Origin: the human T2T-CHM13v2.0 reference genome, Homo sapiens
NCBI RefSeq assembly: GCF_009914755.1
Contig: NC_060937.1
Strand: one strand, 5' to 3'
Length of the DNA: 64,000 bases
In this document: positions 29,126 to 43,380 of the stretch, one piece after another
Layout of the letters: the number at the start of each line of letters is the position of its first letter
Position numbering within the stretch: position 1 is the stretch's first letter
Notes under the pieces: model-generated
The model's database searches: none
Told to the model about the DNA's origin: nothing
What the model saw: only the letters and a program-made list of their open reading frames with translations
Position numbers and translations under genes: made by a program

Positions 29126-29762
29126 TATATTAATTTTCTGTTGCTAATGTAACAAATTACTCCCAAATTGAGTGGCTTAAGAACATCCATTTATCATGTC
29201 ACAATTCTATAGGTCACAAGTCTGGTACAGAGTGACCCTGTTGAGTCCTCTGCCGAGAGTCTCGGAAACACAGAATCAAGGTATTGGCAGCAGTGCATTC
29301 CTTTCTAGAGGTTCTGGAGATAAATCTGCTTATCAGCATATTCAAACTGTCGTCCGACTTTAGTGTTTGTAAGGCTGAGGTCCCTGTTTCCTTGCTCTTG
29401 TTGGCTGTCAGCTGGGAACCAAGCTCGTCATCTTAAGGTCTCCTACATTCCTCAACACATTGGCACCTCCCACTTCAAACCAGCAACAACAAGGGAGCCC
29501 GTCTCACTTTGAATCTCTCTGACTTCCCCTTTTATCCTACATTTTCTGTCCCTAGCTGGAGAAATATATCTGCGTGTAAGCACTCACGTGACTAAGTGCT
29601 CACATGATTAGACTGGGTCCACCTGGACAGTCTAGGCAAATCTCTGCATTTTAACATCCAATTACATCTGCAAGGTCTTATTGGTCATGTCAACTGACAT
29701 ATCCTCTAGTTGCAGGAGTTAGGACATGAACATCGCTGTGGGAACGGGGGGCATTGCCTACT
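29126..29762 (-). mobile_element. MLT1 (MLT1E-like) MaLR solo LTR
   Basis: tgtaacaaattac..agtggcttaa, gctgaggtccctgtttccttgct, cttcaaaccagcaac, tgattagactgggtccacctgga, aattacatctgcaagg. Confidence 0.88.
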
Positions 29763-30072
29763 GCTTTAGATTTGGAAAGGGCTGAGGATGGTAAATGAGC
29801 CCAGAGAAATTAGACTGGAGGGGGACCAAAAATAAGCTTTGAAATCATCTCAATTTTGCCTAATATATTGTTCAGCTCTCACTCATAATCTTTAATTATT
29901 TGTTTCATGCAGGAACATGTCACATCATTTGTCAAAGTATCCCTTAGAAAAGGAAATGTTTAAAAAGTTAATTTGGCCATTTAATGTAAGTAAAAAATCT
30001 GATAGAAAGTGTAAGTATCCTCATTAATATTGTCCAAAATATTGCATACTAATGAAAAAGAAAGTTTTGGGG

Positions 30073-30375
<303 letters not shown>

Positions 30376-31479
30376 TAACTCTTCACCTGACAGTGGTCCA
30401 AATGCACATTGACATATTAGTACAACCAGCTGGATGCAATGTAAGTATTGCTGGTATATATTGGATAATGAAAAAGTATGAGTCTTACCATAACAAAATA
30501 AATCAAATGTGCTACCCAAGTCTCAAGTTAACTAGGGCAATATGTTTCACTTTTTACCAAAATGTAAAATCCAATACAAGGGGTAAAATTAATTTTAGAG
30601 TCCTTCCCTTTAGCTATATAATGGCTTTATTTTTATGATGCCTTTATTTCTGAGATACTAAATATTCTCATTACCAATTCTCTAAATGTTGTAGGCCTGC
30701 TGCTGCTGTTATTAATGTTTCTTAAGGGTCCCTCTGTAAATACGGTGCAGCTTAAACCAAAACACACATGCACGTCTCCAGAGAAGACTGACACAGGACT
30801 GCTGACACATGAATGGGATGCTTTGTCTAACTAACATAAAAATGCAAATTAATTGCAGGGAAAGAAAACTAAGGAATTCAAAGGCTTTCTTGATTGCCTT
30901 CTTTAAAATGCCAGGAACTTAAGCTGGCCTTTCTTATCTTCCACTACATGCATGTGACACTTTAGGAGGTCTTTCTTATTGTACTATAACTCAGGGATTG
31001 TTCCAGCTCTGTGCTCCATGCCTTTTTCCAAAGGGCAGCCTGAGATGTATAATTCGGGTAATGAACAGCTGCATAATTTAAGGGTCGAGCTAGTAGGGCA
31101 GTGTTCCTTATTTTGTGTTGCTTTAGCAGTTGCCAAGATGTTCCAGGCCTATTTAGGAATACAATTTTTTGACTGCTTTATTTCTCTCAGATGATATATG
31201 CTGGGATTTGGTTGTGCTCCAGAAAGTGAATTTTATCAGCAGAAGTACCAGAGCAAGCTTTTCTCTCATTTTACTCCAAAGGGCAACAGCACTGAGCTAT
31301 AATGAGGTAATTTTTTTTTCCAGCCATGCACACTGTGTTTTATCAGGCAGGGTTGTTTAAACCAAGTCCTGTCCCTTTCCAAAGCATGACAGACTCAATC
31401 ACTGAGCTATCAAAGGCATTTCCACAGTACATCCCTCTCACACAAGGCCAATCTCCTGAACATTCAAAAGGGCCAGGCA

Positions 31480-32300
31480 ACGAGGCCCTTCAAGATGAAG
31501 GCGGAATGCTGATTAATCAGTTGCCTTTTTATTCCATCTTGGCAAGTATTCCTTGTTTGTAAATAAAAGGTTTCCCCTGAATTTCCTGTAAACTAAGGAG
31601 CATAAGGTTGATTTGGACCTCGTTCACAGAGCAAGAAAGCTGCCTGCTGTCCAATCCAGAGATGCGCCATGTCCACCATTGTAAGTACTCCTTCAGGTGT
31701 CTTGAAGCGTACCCTGCGTATGAGCTAATCTAAAAACAATTGTCATGTCATCAGGATAAAGCAGAACAGGCTGACTTTAAAAAGTATTTTCCATCTCTTT
31801 TACAATAACACTCCCTGTTTGAGGAAAAGACCCCAGTGAGCAATTTGCAAAGGCATTGAAGTGTACACCACACAATAAGCGTATAGGGGAAAAGCCGTCA
31901 ATAAAACAGGATATCTTTTTCCAAGAAATAAATTAGTGTACTCTTTTCCTCGTCAGATGGTAAATAGCTAATGGAAAAGAGATGTGACAGACCACAAAGA
32001 CTAGGAATTGTCTGCAAACTGGCAGGCGCAGTGATTTGCTCACGACCCAAATTATATTCAGGCAGTTTGGCACATCTCTGTTTGTCACACTTACACCACC
32101 GAGCCAAATGTGTTTAATTAATATGGAGTATTTTCCTTTTCTTGAAGTAGGAACAAAACAACAAGCATTTCTTGATTGCTCGCAAACACTCCAAACAGCA
32201 AGAATTGTAAGCAAGGCTCTTGTCATCACTCATCTTTGGTTATCTTCCATGACGAGCACACAACCACGGAAACGTTGATTCTTGACTAGGAATTTGTGTG
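31480..32300. promoter_or_regulatory. Candidate cis-regulatory region (unique sequence, CpG retention, developmental TF motifs)
   Basis: 14 CpGs counted in 31621-32275 outside any recognised repeat; ctgattaatcag palindrome, TGACAG, CAGATG, FOX-like and NFI half sites. Function is inferred, not shown. Confidence 0.45.
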
Positions 32301-32649
32301 CATACAGACATATCTCTACTGCATGTGCTGTGTGTGTGTGTGCACAGGCAGAGAGCTTAGAAAATGTGGTTGCTGAAATAACTAACCTTTTAGGATACAA
32401 CTTTGGCATCTTTTCCCTCAGTTTTGAAAGCAAGGTGCAGAGGCTTATTTTGTGAGAGTGAAACCTTCTGAATCAATACCAGAGTTTGCCACTGCTGTAT
32501 AAACCCATCCATCACAATGCTTCAATTCCTGCAATACCCCCATTCTATGGCCTATGGCTGGTAGAGCAGCCTGGGTATCTAGGATACTTCTGGAAATGCA
32601 GAACTGGGGAGGATTATTTTAAAAATCTCTTCTGTGATGAGATAGAGGG

Positions 32650-32805
32650 CAGGAGCTATATCATCCAGAGAGCACTGGCTCTTTCTCTAACTGCCTATGG
32701 GTCAGTTAACCTGTGTTGGTGTGGCTTCTTACATCCTTCAAATGAGGAATTAGCTCGGATGAATGCCAGTGGGCCCTCACAGCTCTGTGAATTACAAACA
32801 CTCTA
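32650..32805 (+). mobile_element. MIR (MIRc/MIR3-like) fragment
   Basis: ggctctttctctaactg...gggtcagttaacc...aaatgagg..ggatga...gccctcacagctctg. Confidence 0.5.
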
Positions 32806-33559
32806 AGTATTTGTATTAATTTTAAATAAAGCCACAAGAGTCAGCAACACTCCTTTAAAAAGCCAACCATAGTGGAAATACAAATGCTAATTTCCCCCCA
32901 ATAAAGTCACTTCATTGTATTCAATTTAAGATTATGGGGATATATTAACTCTTTCAGGCTCTGAAGGGCTTTGTGTGTAAATAACACATTTTTATAATGA
33001 AACAAGTACTATGTATTACAATTATAAGTTACAGCTAGCTATATAAATTTTATACACTGATATAAAATGTACCTGGCATGGAAAATTTAAGAATGTCTCC
33101 AAAGAAAAATATATTAAAACTCTGGTTCAATTGCATACCAAGCACATTTTAATGTATTCATGTTTCTGAACATATGTAATACGCAAATAGAATGCACTAG
33201 TATATTGCATTTACATCTTGAATTTTAATAGTTTTAGTGAGTCATTTTGTTTAGATGGAAAAAAATGTCTTTAACAGTTATAATTCCCTTATCATTCAGT
33301 GTACTTAAAATGTATAAATATTTCAGGCCTTAGGCTATGGTGGAGACTGCAAATTAGGAACCAAAACAAATGTCAGATTAGGAAGAAATGATTCTATCAC
33401 TCGGAAAAAAAACAAAAACAAACAAAAAACATTATTTTTTTGCACCACTTCCCAAAAAACATCACTTCAGAAATTATCTACAAACAAAATTCATCATGTC
33501 TTCTTTCTTGTGCCTACTGAATGTATTTGTCATCCTAATTGAGATCTGTAGTACCTTAG

Positions 33560-34800
<1,241 letters not shown>

Positions 34801-35147
34801 GTTGTTCTTCCTCTGTATAATACTCATACCCCTTATCACACTTGTAACCTTTCCCTTCCCTTGTGTCGTGGGAATTTTAGCCTAGGATTTAAGCTGTGTA
34901 CACACATAATTCAGATATAAATGAGATGCCAAAAATAGTCACCAGACATATCTGCACATTAGAAGTATCTAGAAAATAGATTTCTGGACTCAAACCAAAC
35001 ATCCTCAATCAGAAACTGCAGTGGTGCAATTCTGAATTACTGAGAGTTTGACAAACAAGGGTCTAGAGGCCTGCTGGCATGAAGAAAACACTTCATTACC
35101 TCATTGTGTGGCAACCAGCAGGCAGTGTTTCCTGGAGGAGGGAGGAT

Positions 35148-35197
35148 GGCACATACTAGACCCTCCCTAAATATTTGTTGAATAAATGAGTGCATGA
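35148..35197 (+). mobile_element. L2 extreme 3' tail
   Basis: ggcacatactaga...taaatatttgttgaataaatga. Confidence 0.65.
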
Positions 35198-35949
35198 GGG
35201 CATGCCTTGGTTGTTGAAGGAAAGGGGTGATTTAAAGCATACGCCTGTGCTCTGCACTTTGTTTGTCTTCTGTCTCGGTTTCTATTATCTCCTTGATGAC
35301 AAGTTACTGCTGTAGGATATTTGAGACCCAAAGCAGAAATGATTATGACAAATACATAGAAGACAAGAGAGGGTTTCCTCCCACTTTATATCGGAGTGTG
35401 GCATTGTGCTTTGGAGAAGACAGAAAATATGTCACAGCTTTGGCACACCCAGAGCTTTTTTCACAGCAGCAGAGCCTGCAGCCCTGGCAGGGCTTCTAGC
35501 ATCTGATGTGCCAGGGCTACCAAGTGCCAATATCTTCAAAAGCAACTGATGAGAGTACTAGTGGCTTTTGGGGCAATAGGAGACAGCACTGAAGAAAGTA
35601 GTCCCCAAAGCAGCGGTGCTACCTTTACCTGGCTTAGGGGGTAGTGAGAGATTTGCCAGCTGGATGAACAGAAAAGGTAGCAGAAGGAAAATGTCAGATA
35701 CCAGTTACGAGCTAAGAGAACGGAGCTTGTGAAAGCCGCATGTCTTAACAAGGTTGGAAAGGTTAGAGCTAGGGAACTACTACTATGCGAGCACATCTTA
35801 ACTATAGATTTGTATAGTCAAAAGAAATTTTTGACTTTATAGATATTATAACATTTCTAATTTTCTCATATTGCTCACACTGTCATACTTCTCCACACTT
35901 TAAAAATTAATCTTTATCCTGCCCTGAAGTTTGGCATTTCCAAGATCCC

Positions 35950-36800
35950 TCCATCGGTCACGTCACATTCCACATGCTCATTGATAGTATCTAATCCTGC
36001 AGCTTGGACACAATCTCTATTCACAGGACACTTGATCTACAGCTTCCAGTTCTGACCTAGCTCTGACCTCCACACTCATATTTCAAGTCAAAAATAAGTA
36101 ACTTAAGATCTCACCCAAATCATAAATTCAACTTGACATAAAGCACATTCATTACCTTCTGCCCCAAACCTCTTCTTTCTGACTCCCCAGTGCTTAGTAA
36201 AAGCAACATAATTTTTCCAACCATATAGGCTGAACATCTTCAGGTAATTCCATCTCTCTGTAACACAGCCCTTAATGACTTCTTCCTTATTGAGATACTG
36301 TAGTTTCTTCATTTGACTTGGAGCAAACACTCTCTTGGAGTTATGTGACATCACTGCCCACTCCTTCTCACATGTCTTAGTTACAACTACTAGGTACTGG
36401 AGTCTTACAGGCTCAGCCGTTAGTCTTCAGCCCTCTTGTCTTCTCTAACTGTATTTGTTGCAGAGCTAGTCTCATCTAGTCTCAGATTTTCCTTCTCTGG
36501 CTCTCGGTCAATGAAAAAGCAATTCTTCTGGTGTTTCAGGACAAAAAAACATGTAATTATATGACTACCCTTTATTCTGTCTCACATTCAGTGCACAATC
36601 ATATTCTGTGGATCTTCACAAAAATGAAAATCTGACACTTCTCATCACTTCCACTCCTAGCACCCTTGTCCAAGTAGCTATCATTTCCTGTTTGGATTAT
36701 TGCAATAACCACCTAAATGGCATTCCTGCTTCTTATTTTCTACATCTATGTCTCAAACAGAATCAGAATCTCTCACAATTCTTCTATAGCTTCCATCTCA
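35950..36800 (+). mobile_element. L2 fragments
   Basis: ctctgacctccacactcatatttc, ctcatctagtctc, cacttctcatcacttccact..cacccttgtccaag..atcatttcctgtttggattattgcaata. Confidence 0.75.
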
Positions 36801-37029
36801 CTGTAATCTCAGGATCATTGAGAATGCCTTTGTTACTTGATATATTTTGAAATCTTTCGTAGGCCAAAATGTAATTTATCTTCTTACCAAATATCATTGC
36901 TAATCTTTTCTCATGTCTACAGGTCCTACGAATATAGGACCAACTGAACATAACCAAGAAGATGGACAGCATAGCTCAAAGGATAGAATTATGATATTAA
37001 TAATGATTTTAAAATAACTCTTATTACAA

Positions 37030-37160
37030 ATAATCATTTCTCATGAACTTGCTCCGTGCCAGACACTGTACTAAATACTTTACTTTTTTTTTCATTTGAT
37101 TCTTTCTACAACCCCATAATTTATGTATAAAAATTATCCTTCCAAGTTTTGGCAGATGAG
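37030..37160 (-). mobile_element. MIR fragment
   Basis: cttgctccgtgccagacactgtactaaatacttta...tcatttgattc..acaacccc...ttttggcagatgag. Confidence 0.75.
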
Positions 37161-37494
37161 CCCAGCCTGGCTAGGTGTATCTTGGGCAAGTTCATTTAAA
37201 GAGTACTGGAAGATAATAGGATCATGATAGGAACTAATAATGGAAAGGTAATTTTGACCCATTTTACATCTTTCATGCCGGAAGTCTCCTACTGATGACA
37301 ATACCAAAAGCTCCAGTCATGGGGTTACTTCTGTCCTTTCTAAGAAATTAGTTGTTTGTTGTATATTTCGAGTAAGTAATGGGTGAAGGGAAAGACGTTC
37401 GATTTATAATTGTCTTTAAAAAACATATAATATTTTATTTAACCAGATCAGTATTTATGAAATAATGAAAAATGGGAATAGCCTTTTAAATCTT

Positions 37495-37700
37495 CAAATA
37501 TTTTTGAGTGACTATTTTGTACCAAGTGCTAAGCTTATTCATGTTACCTTATTTAAGTTTCAAAATAATCACTTAGGGTATTATTATCCAGAGTTACACA
37601 TTAAGAAACTACATTTTGAAGAGACTGACATGCCCAAAATCATCAAGCAAAAAAGTAGGTGAATCAGTATTCCAAGCTATATCTTCTCAACTCTGGTCCA
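37495..37700 (-). mobile_element. MIR SINE
   Basis: tatttttgagtgactattttgtaccaag...ggtattattatcc...aagaaact...tgacatgcccaaaatca. Confidence 0.7.
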
Positions 37701-37757
37701 TTGCAAATCATCCGTATAACAATATAAAAAAATAAACCAACTTCACCTTACACATTC

Positions 37758-38072
<315 letters not shown>

Positions 38073-38288
38073 TACACATTCATTTCTTATGCTGCATCTT
38101 TTTCCTCAAAACTATCATCAGTGTTACACAATGAAACAGTCTCAAAAAAGCTTATTAACTTTAACCACAAATTAATAAACATTCCAACCAAAGATACCTC
38201 TTTTGTTCCCTTCATCTAATTCAGAGGGTTTTTTGACATTATCTGTGCCTTTGCATGCCCTTGCTGTTTTATATACTCTCTATATAAC

Positions 38289-38688
38289 TGTATTTGCCTG
38301 CTTGGACTGTCATAACAAAATGCCACCAACTGAGTGGCTTAAACAACAGAAATATTGCATAGCTCTGGAGGCTGGGAAGTTTAAGGTCAAGACCAGCTGG
38401 CTGAATAAGTTCCATTCTTAAGCCTCCTCTCATGGCTTGTAGGTGTCTGCCATCTCATTATGTACTCACAGGACCTCTTGGAGTTCCAGTGGAGAGGGCT
38501 AATGAGTGAGCTCTCCTGGTGTTTCTTCTTATGAGGACACTAATCTTATCAGATCACTTGCCCCACCCTTTTATATTCATTTACCCTTAATTACATCCTT
38601 AGAGGCCCCATCTCCAAATACCACCACATTGAGGTTTAGTGCTTCAACATATGAATTTTGAGTGGATACAAACATTTAGTACATAATA
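38289..38688 (-). mobile_element. MLT1A-type MaLR solo LTR
   Basis: cataacaaaatgccac..gtggcttaaacaacagaaat, ggccccatctccaaatac, gcttcaacatatgaatttt; 5-bp TSD ataac at 38284-38288 and 38689-38693. Confidence 0.93.
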
Positions 38689-40834
38689 ATAACCCATCTT
38701 GTCACTTTTTCTGTATAATGTGTTTTATAAACAATAGCTAAAAGTGTTTCCAGGAAGTTGCAGTTCCAAAATAAAACTGTTAGTTGACACTGATTGTCAC
38801 GAACATCTGGCAACTTACAGAAAAGCACCACAGCACTGTGGAACACTTAAATGAATTCCTCCACTCTGATCTAGCCATTAAATGATAACCATGACCTAAT
38901 GCAGCCATGATCAATACAAATGTACATAGAGGCTGTAAAACAGCCTCTCTAACCAGGGAGGGTAATCCTCCATTTTTACACATTTAAAGAGCGAATCAAT
39001 TAAATGCTGGATAAGGTCAAATACTATTGATTCAAGATTCAATGAAATTCCTTCCTTTACCTTCCCCTCTTTTGATTTTTCTTGTGATCTAAGTATAGTT
39101 TCCTTAAAATACATTTTTCCAGCAGCTGCACTTACATACTGGTAGAAAGCAAGTGGTCCTCAAAAAACATAATGATTCACTGACACTGAAATCAATAGTG
39201 TTATAAAACCTTGAAGGGATGAAGAGGCTGAAAAATACAAAATATTAATGCTTAAACTTCAAGAGCATACTTAAAAAGTAGAATTTAAGACATATCCATT
39301 GCTAGCAGGCGGTAGATAGTTCATACATCAACTTAGATAAAAAACTTCCTGTAGTGTATCTGTGGATGTTAAAAATAAAACAGGATAAGGTTACTGTTAA
39401 CGTTGTGTTTAAGCATCACTTTTCATTCAATTCAGATTTTTGACTCAATTTTAGATTATTGCTTGAAAGTGCTCTTGGTGCTCAAGAGGCAAATTTTTAG
39501 ATACACTTACTAATTATTCTGTATACCTTTCAGTTTCTACTGGTGTTTCTCTTTACCTATATAGCTGATTACCTTTTAAATTTTTTGTCTCTTAAACTAC
39601 ACTCATTTCAACTTTTCTATGCTTATTTTATACAATTTTTTTTTCATAGTTGTAAAATGTAATACAATGCTTCTGTTTGTTAAACAATGCATTTCTGTTT
39701 GACTTTGAGTCTCAGATACTTATGTACACTCTTCTGGAGATAGAACTATTTGCTGCTGTATTTTTATCTAACTGTCTCCAGCAACCAGTAAAGAGAGAAT
39801 TGTAAATATCGCATGCTTGGAAAAATTCCACCTGGCACTAGTCAGTCACTAGGTGGCTAAATATTGTGAATGAAAACAACCGGTAAGAAGGAAAATCCTC
39901 TTATTAGAATCTAACAGCACATTAGAGCTCCACATTAATGTGAAAATAAAAATTTGCTTTTAGGAGCTTTGATAATATTTTAAAGGCAGCAAAACTCTTC
40001 CTTTTTTCTACTTCTCTCTTATCACTTTATTCGTAACCACATGCTTTATAAGCTTGGTTGAAGAGGGTTGTTTTTCTTTTTCTCTCTCTTTTTTTAACTT
40101 TACCCAAAGAGGAGTTGGAAACAATAAGATTAAATACAGACTCCCTCTGATTTTCCAGGAAATTTACTCTGCAACTGGAAGTTTCTTTGATATATTTAAA
40201 GAGAGATATTCTTTCAATCACTTTTAAAAGGCAGAAATAAAAGTTAAAGGTATTTCACACTATACCAATCCATTAAAGAAATCCCAGCATGGTCATCTCT
40301 TGTTTTTCAGATGAAGGTGATTTATTTTTTTGTCTGCTTTTTTTCCTGTGTGTATTCTTAAATGAGAAAAATTATTGGCCCCAATGATCTTGAGAATGAT
40401 ATTTTTAAAATCTAATTTTGCCTCTCTGTTGCAAAGCTTTTCCTTAGGAAGAAAAAATTGCCATACTCTGTTTCTTTTTAACATAATCAAAATAAGTAAT
40501 AGTAGAAAGCGGCACTTTCTAATAGCGGTAGAAGGGAAAAAAAGAATGCAAAAGAGTGCAACTGCTGAAAAATAGATTTTAAGAAATTTAGACTTATAAA
40601 ATAATAAAAAAATAGAAAAGCTTTCATTTTGAACAGGCTGATTTAGCTATGTAATAAATATGCCCCTCCCTCTTTTCACCAACGTTAGAGCCCATTGCTT
40701 GCCTCTCCATATTTTTATGACATTTAGGAGTGTACCTAGAATTGTCATATAAACTTGCCTCATTCAACTTTTGCCTGGACAGACAAGGCAGACATTATTA
40801 TCACTTTACCAATTAGAGATTAACTTATTATATT

Positions 40835-41005
40835 CCAGGGCTTGTATTTTTCGAACCTTCATGTGCATACAAGTTGCTAAAACCCATATTCTGATTCAGT
40901 TAAGTCTGGGTGGGATAAGGCCTGAGAGTCTGCATTTCTAACAAGCTCCCAGGTGCTGTTAATGCTGCCGGTCGGTCCATGGATCACACTGGAGTGACAG
41001 GGCTA
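40835..41005 (-). mobile_element. MER5A/MER5A1 DNA transposon fossil
   Basis: attctgattcagt..gtctggg..ggcctgagagtctgcatttctaacaagctcccaggtg..gctgc..ggtccatggatcacact. Confidence 0.88.
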
Positions 41006-41151
41006 GAGTACAAGCTGAAGGTTAAGTTTTCCCAATTCAGCCTAACAGCATACTTACAGAGATGCCATGTAGTTTCTCACCTTAGTAATGGCCTTAAGCC
41101 AAGTAGATACTGTTTTTTTTTTAATCCCCAGGCTTGATGAGAAAGCAAGTA

Positions 41152-41798
41152 CAGTTGGTCCTGTTTATTCACAGATTCTGTATTTGCAAATTTGTCACAA
41201 AACTCAATATCACCCTTTTGCAGTGAGTCACAGACATGCGCATACTGGGTGCAACAGAATATTTGAGTAACCTAATATCCATGTTTCCAGCTGACTTCCA
41301 ACAAGGCAACCTCCTGCCTTTTTGTTTCAGTATTTATACTGAAAAAAGTGTCCTTTTCATTGTCTGTTTAGTGTCATGTCTTTTGTTTTTGTTTTTGCCT
41401 GTATTTCTGCACTTTTTGATGGTGATTTTGTTGTTTAAAATGGCCTCAAGCATAGGGCTGACATGCTGTCTAGTGTTCTTAAGCACTAGAAGGCTCTGAT
41501 GTGCCTTAACAGAAAGAGCACATGTGTTAGATCAGCTTTGTTCAGGCATGAGCTATCGTACTGTTGGCCATTGAGTTTAATTTAATGAATTAACAATATA
41601 CATTAAATAAGGCATCTTTAAACAGAAACACACATAAAACAAGGTTATGTATTGATTGTTTGATGAAAATAAAGTGACCACAGGCTCACAGGGGCCTAAC
41701 TTTGTACTTCCCCAAGGAGAAATGATTCAGTATTGGCTAATTCAGTGTTCATGGAGACTTTATAGAACATAACTACTGAAAAGAACAAGAATTGACAA
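41152..41798 (+). mobile_element. MER82 (TcMar-Tigger) non-autonomous DNA transposon, near full length
   Basis: Starts TA|cagttg, ends gaattgacaa|TA; internal gtttaaaatggcc..aagc, ttcaggcatgag and ctttaaacagaaacacacataaaacaaggttatgtattga match the MER82 consensus as recalled. Confidence 0.9.
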
Positions 41799-41949
41799 TA
41801 CCTTCTGGACTGTTTCTCAGGAGAAAACTTCAGTGGAAACACAGACTTCACAATGATGTCTTCTCTGACTAATAGTTCCCTTTAGGTGTCTACCCCAAAT
41901 GACTCTCAAGCTAGATATTTTTAAACTACTTTTAAGTACTAAAAAAAAT

Positions 41950-42268
41950 TATTAAATAAGATAACTAAAATAAATGAAATTGTGTGGAAACCAACATATA
42001 CTATAGGCAAAGTGAAATTTTATTGGAATAACTGTGTACTATGCATTAAAAATTAAAACATTTACTAATAAAAATCAATTCAGAACAAAAAGTATTGGAG
42101 GGCTCCAATGAATTAATGATTTGAAAATACAATATGTTTGAATGGACACTTTTCAAATTACAGCTTTAAAATCATATAAAATGGAATGCCAATTAAGCTT
42201 TTGCAGAATCCCTGCAGCACCTTCATGGAAGTCTTGTATTTTAAAGGATAGTTTGAAACCCACTCTCT
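41950..42268. mobile_element. Old hAT-Charlie-type fragment
   Basis: Ends ttgcagaatccctgcagcacc...agtttgaaacccact, resembling a Charlie-family terminus; the AT-rich interior is uncertain. Confidence 0.45.
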
Positions 42269-42689
42269 AAATAAATCTGCCTTTTTAGGTATTTGACAAA
42301 ATCATCAGCTTCTATAAATATACTTTCTTTTCCAACATCTATCTTTGATGAACAAAATCTGATTTCTTCAAATCTTTTCTATATACCCTCTCTGCAGGTT
42401 CATAATTCTTGTTCTACAATTCTAATAGCCTTCATTTGTCTTTCTCACTAGTATTTTCTTTTTTCTTTGTCGGTGTTTTTCACTCCAAAAAAAATGAAGG
42501 GTTTTTAAACGTCTGTCATTATATCAACAACATTAATGTAGCTTTTACACAAAAGGCAAGTGAAACAAAGTGCAAAAACAAAGATGATACAGTAGGACCA
42601 TCACAACAACTGCATCAGTTTCAGAGTAAACAAATGACTACTTCTTAAAAGGAAGAAGACATCTTGTAGTTACAGTAAGCTGAATTACT

Positions 42690-42925
42690 TAACTATTGAA
42701 TAAATATATGCTACATCCTTACTAGATATGATAAAGCTTTTTGCATGAATTAATATCTTATCTAATTATTACAACATTCTTATGATGACAGTACTGTCAT
42801 TATGTACCATTTACACACCTGAAGACAGACACACAGCTATTGGGTAATCGGCTTAAGGTTACAGGGTTAGGACATTGTAGACTTGAAAAAGCAAGCCCGG
42901 CAATGCACTTTAAAGCCCGCCTTTC
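42690..42925 (-). mobile_element. MIR SINE
   Basis: aagctttttgcatgaatt..tcttatctaat..tacaaca..ctatga...ccatttaca...gtaatcggcttaaggttacag. Confidence 0.65.
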
Positions 42926-43149
42926 CATTTCCCCATACCAGTGTGTGGGGGAAAAAATATTAGAAAGATTAGTAAGTTACATTCCCTGCCACAACAAAAT
43001 GGAACTTGCAGCTTCTGGAAGAGAGAAGAGAAGCATGATATGATTATATAGCAACACATAATCAGGATCTCAAAGGAATTAAGAGAGAGAAATAAACTCA
43101 GAAGTCCTACCCTAACCATCATAAAGAAAGATGCACCAAGGTGGGCCTT

Positions 43150-43380
43150 GGTGATCAGGTAAGATTCCAATGGGTAAAGAGAAGTGTGGGTGGCATTTAC
43201 ATCAGGAGGCGTGGAGAAAACTGCAACATGCAAACAGATAGTGAAAGGTTTAAATCAGTACATGGTTGAAATCAGATATTCAGGATCAATGAATTTCTTC
43301 AGGGTAACATCAGGGAGAAAATCTTGAAAGGCAGGTTGTTAGGGAAATTTTATTTTCCCCATAAAAGTAGGGAGTGCATT
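43150..43380 (-). mobile_element. Possible L2 fragment
   Basis: ggagaaaactgcaacatgcaaac...aaaatcttgaaaggcagg; diverged. Confidence 0.4.

Noticed and set aside
29577-29610. 16-bp tandem near-duplication taagcactcacgtgac/taagtgctcacatgat; similar short duplications near 27338-27370 and 61728-61760
   Set aside because: Ordinary slippage-type micro-duplications, mostly in or beside repeats.
41236-41499. ORF inside the Tigger-like element as a transposase
   Set aside because: MER82 is non-autonomous and decayed, and this frame does not encode a DDE transposase.
42785-42800. Perfect 16-bp palindrome atgacagtactgtcat (inverted TGACAG sites)
   Set aside because: It is inside a MIR remnant, and roughly one such palindrome is expected by chance in 64 kb of AT-rich DNA.
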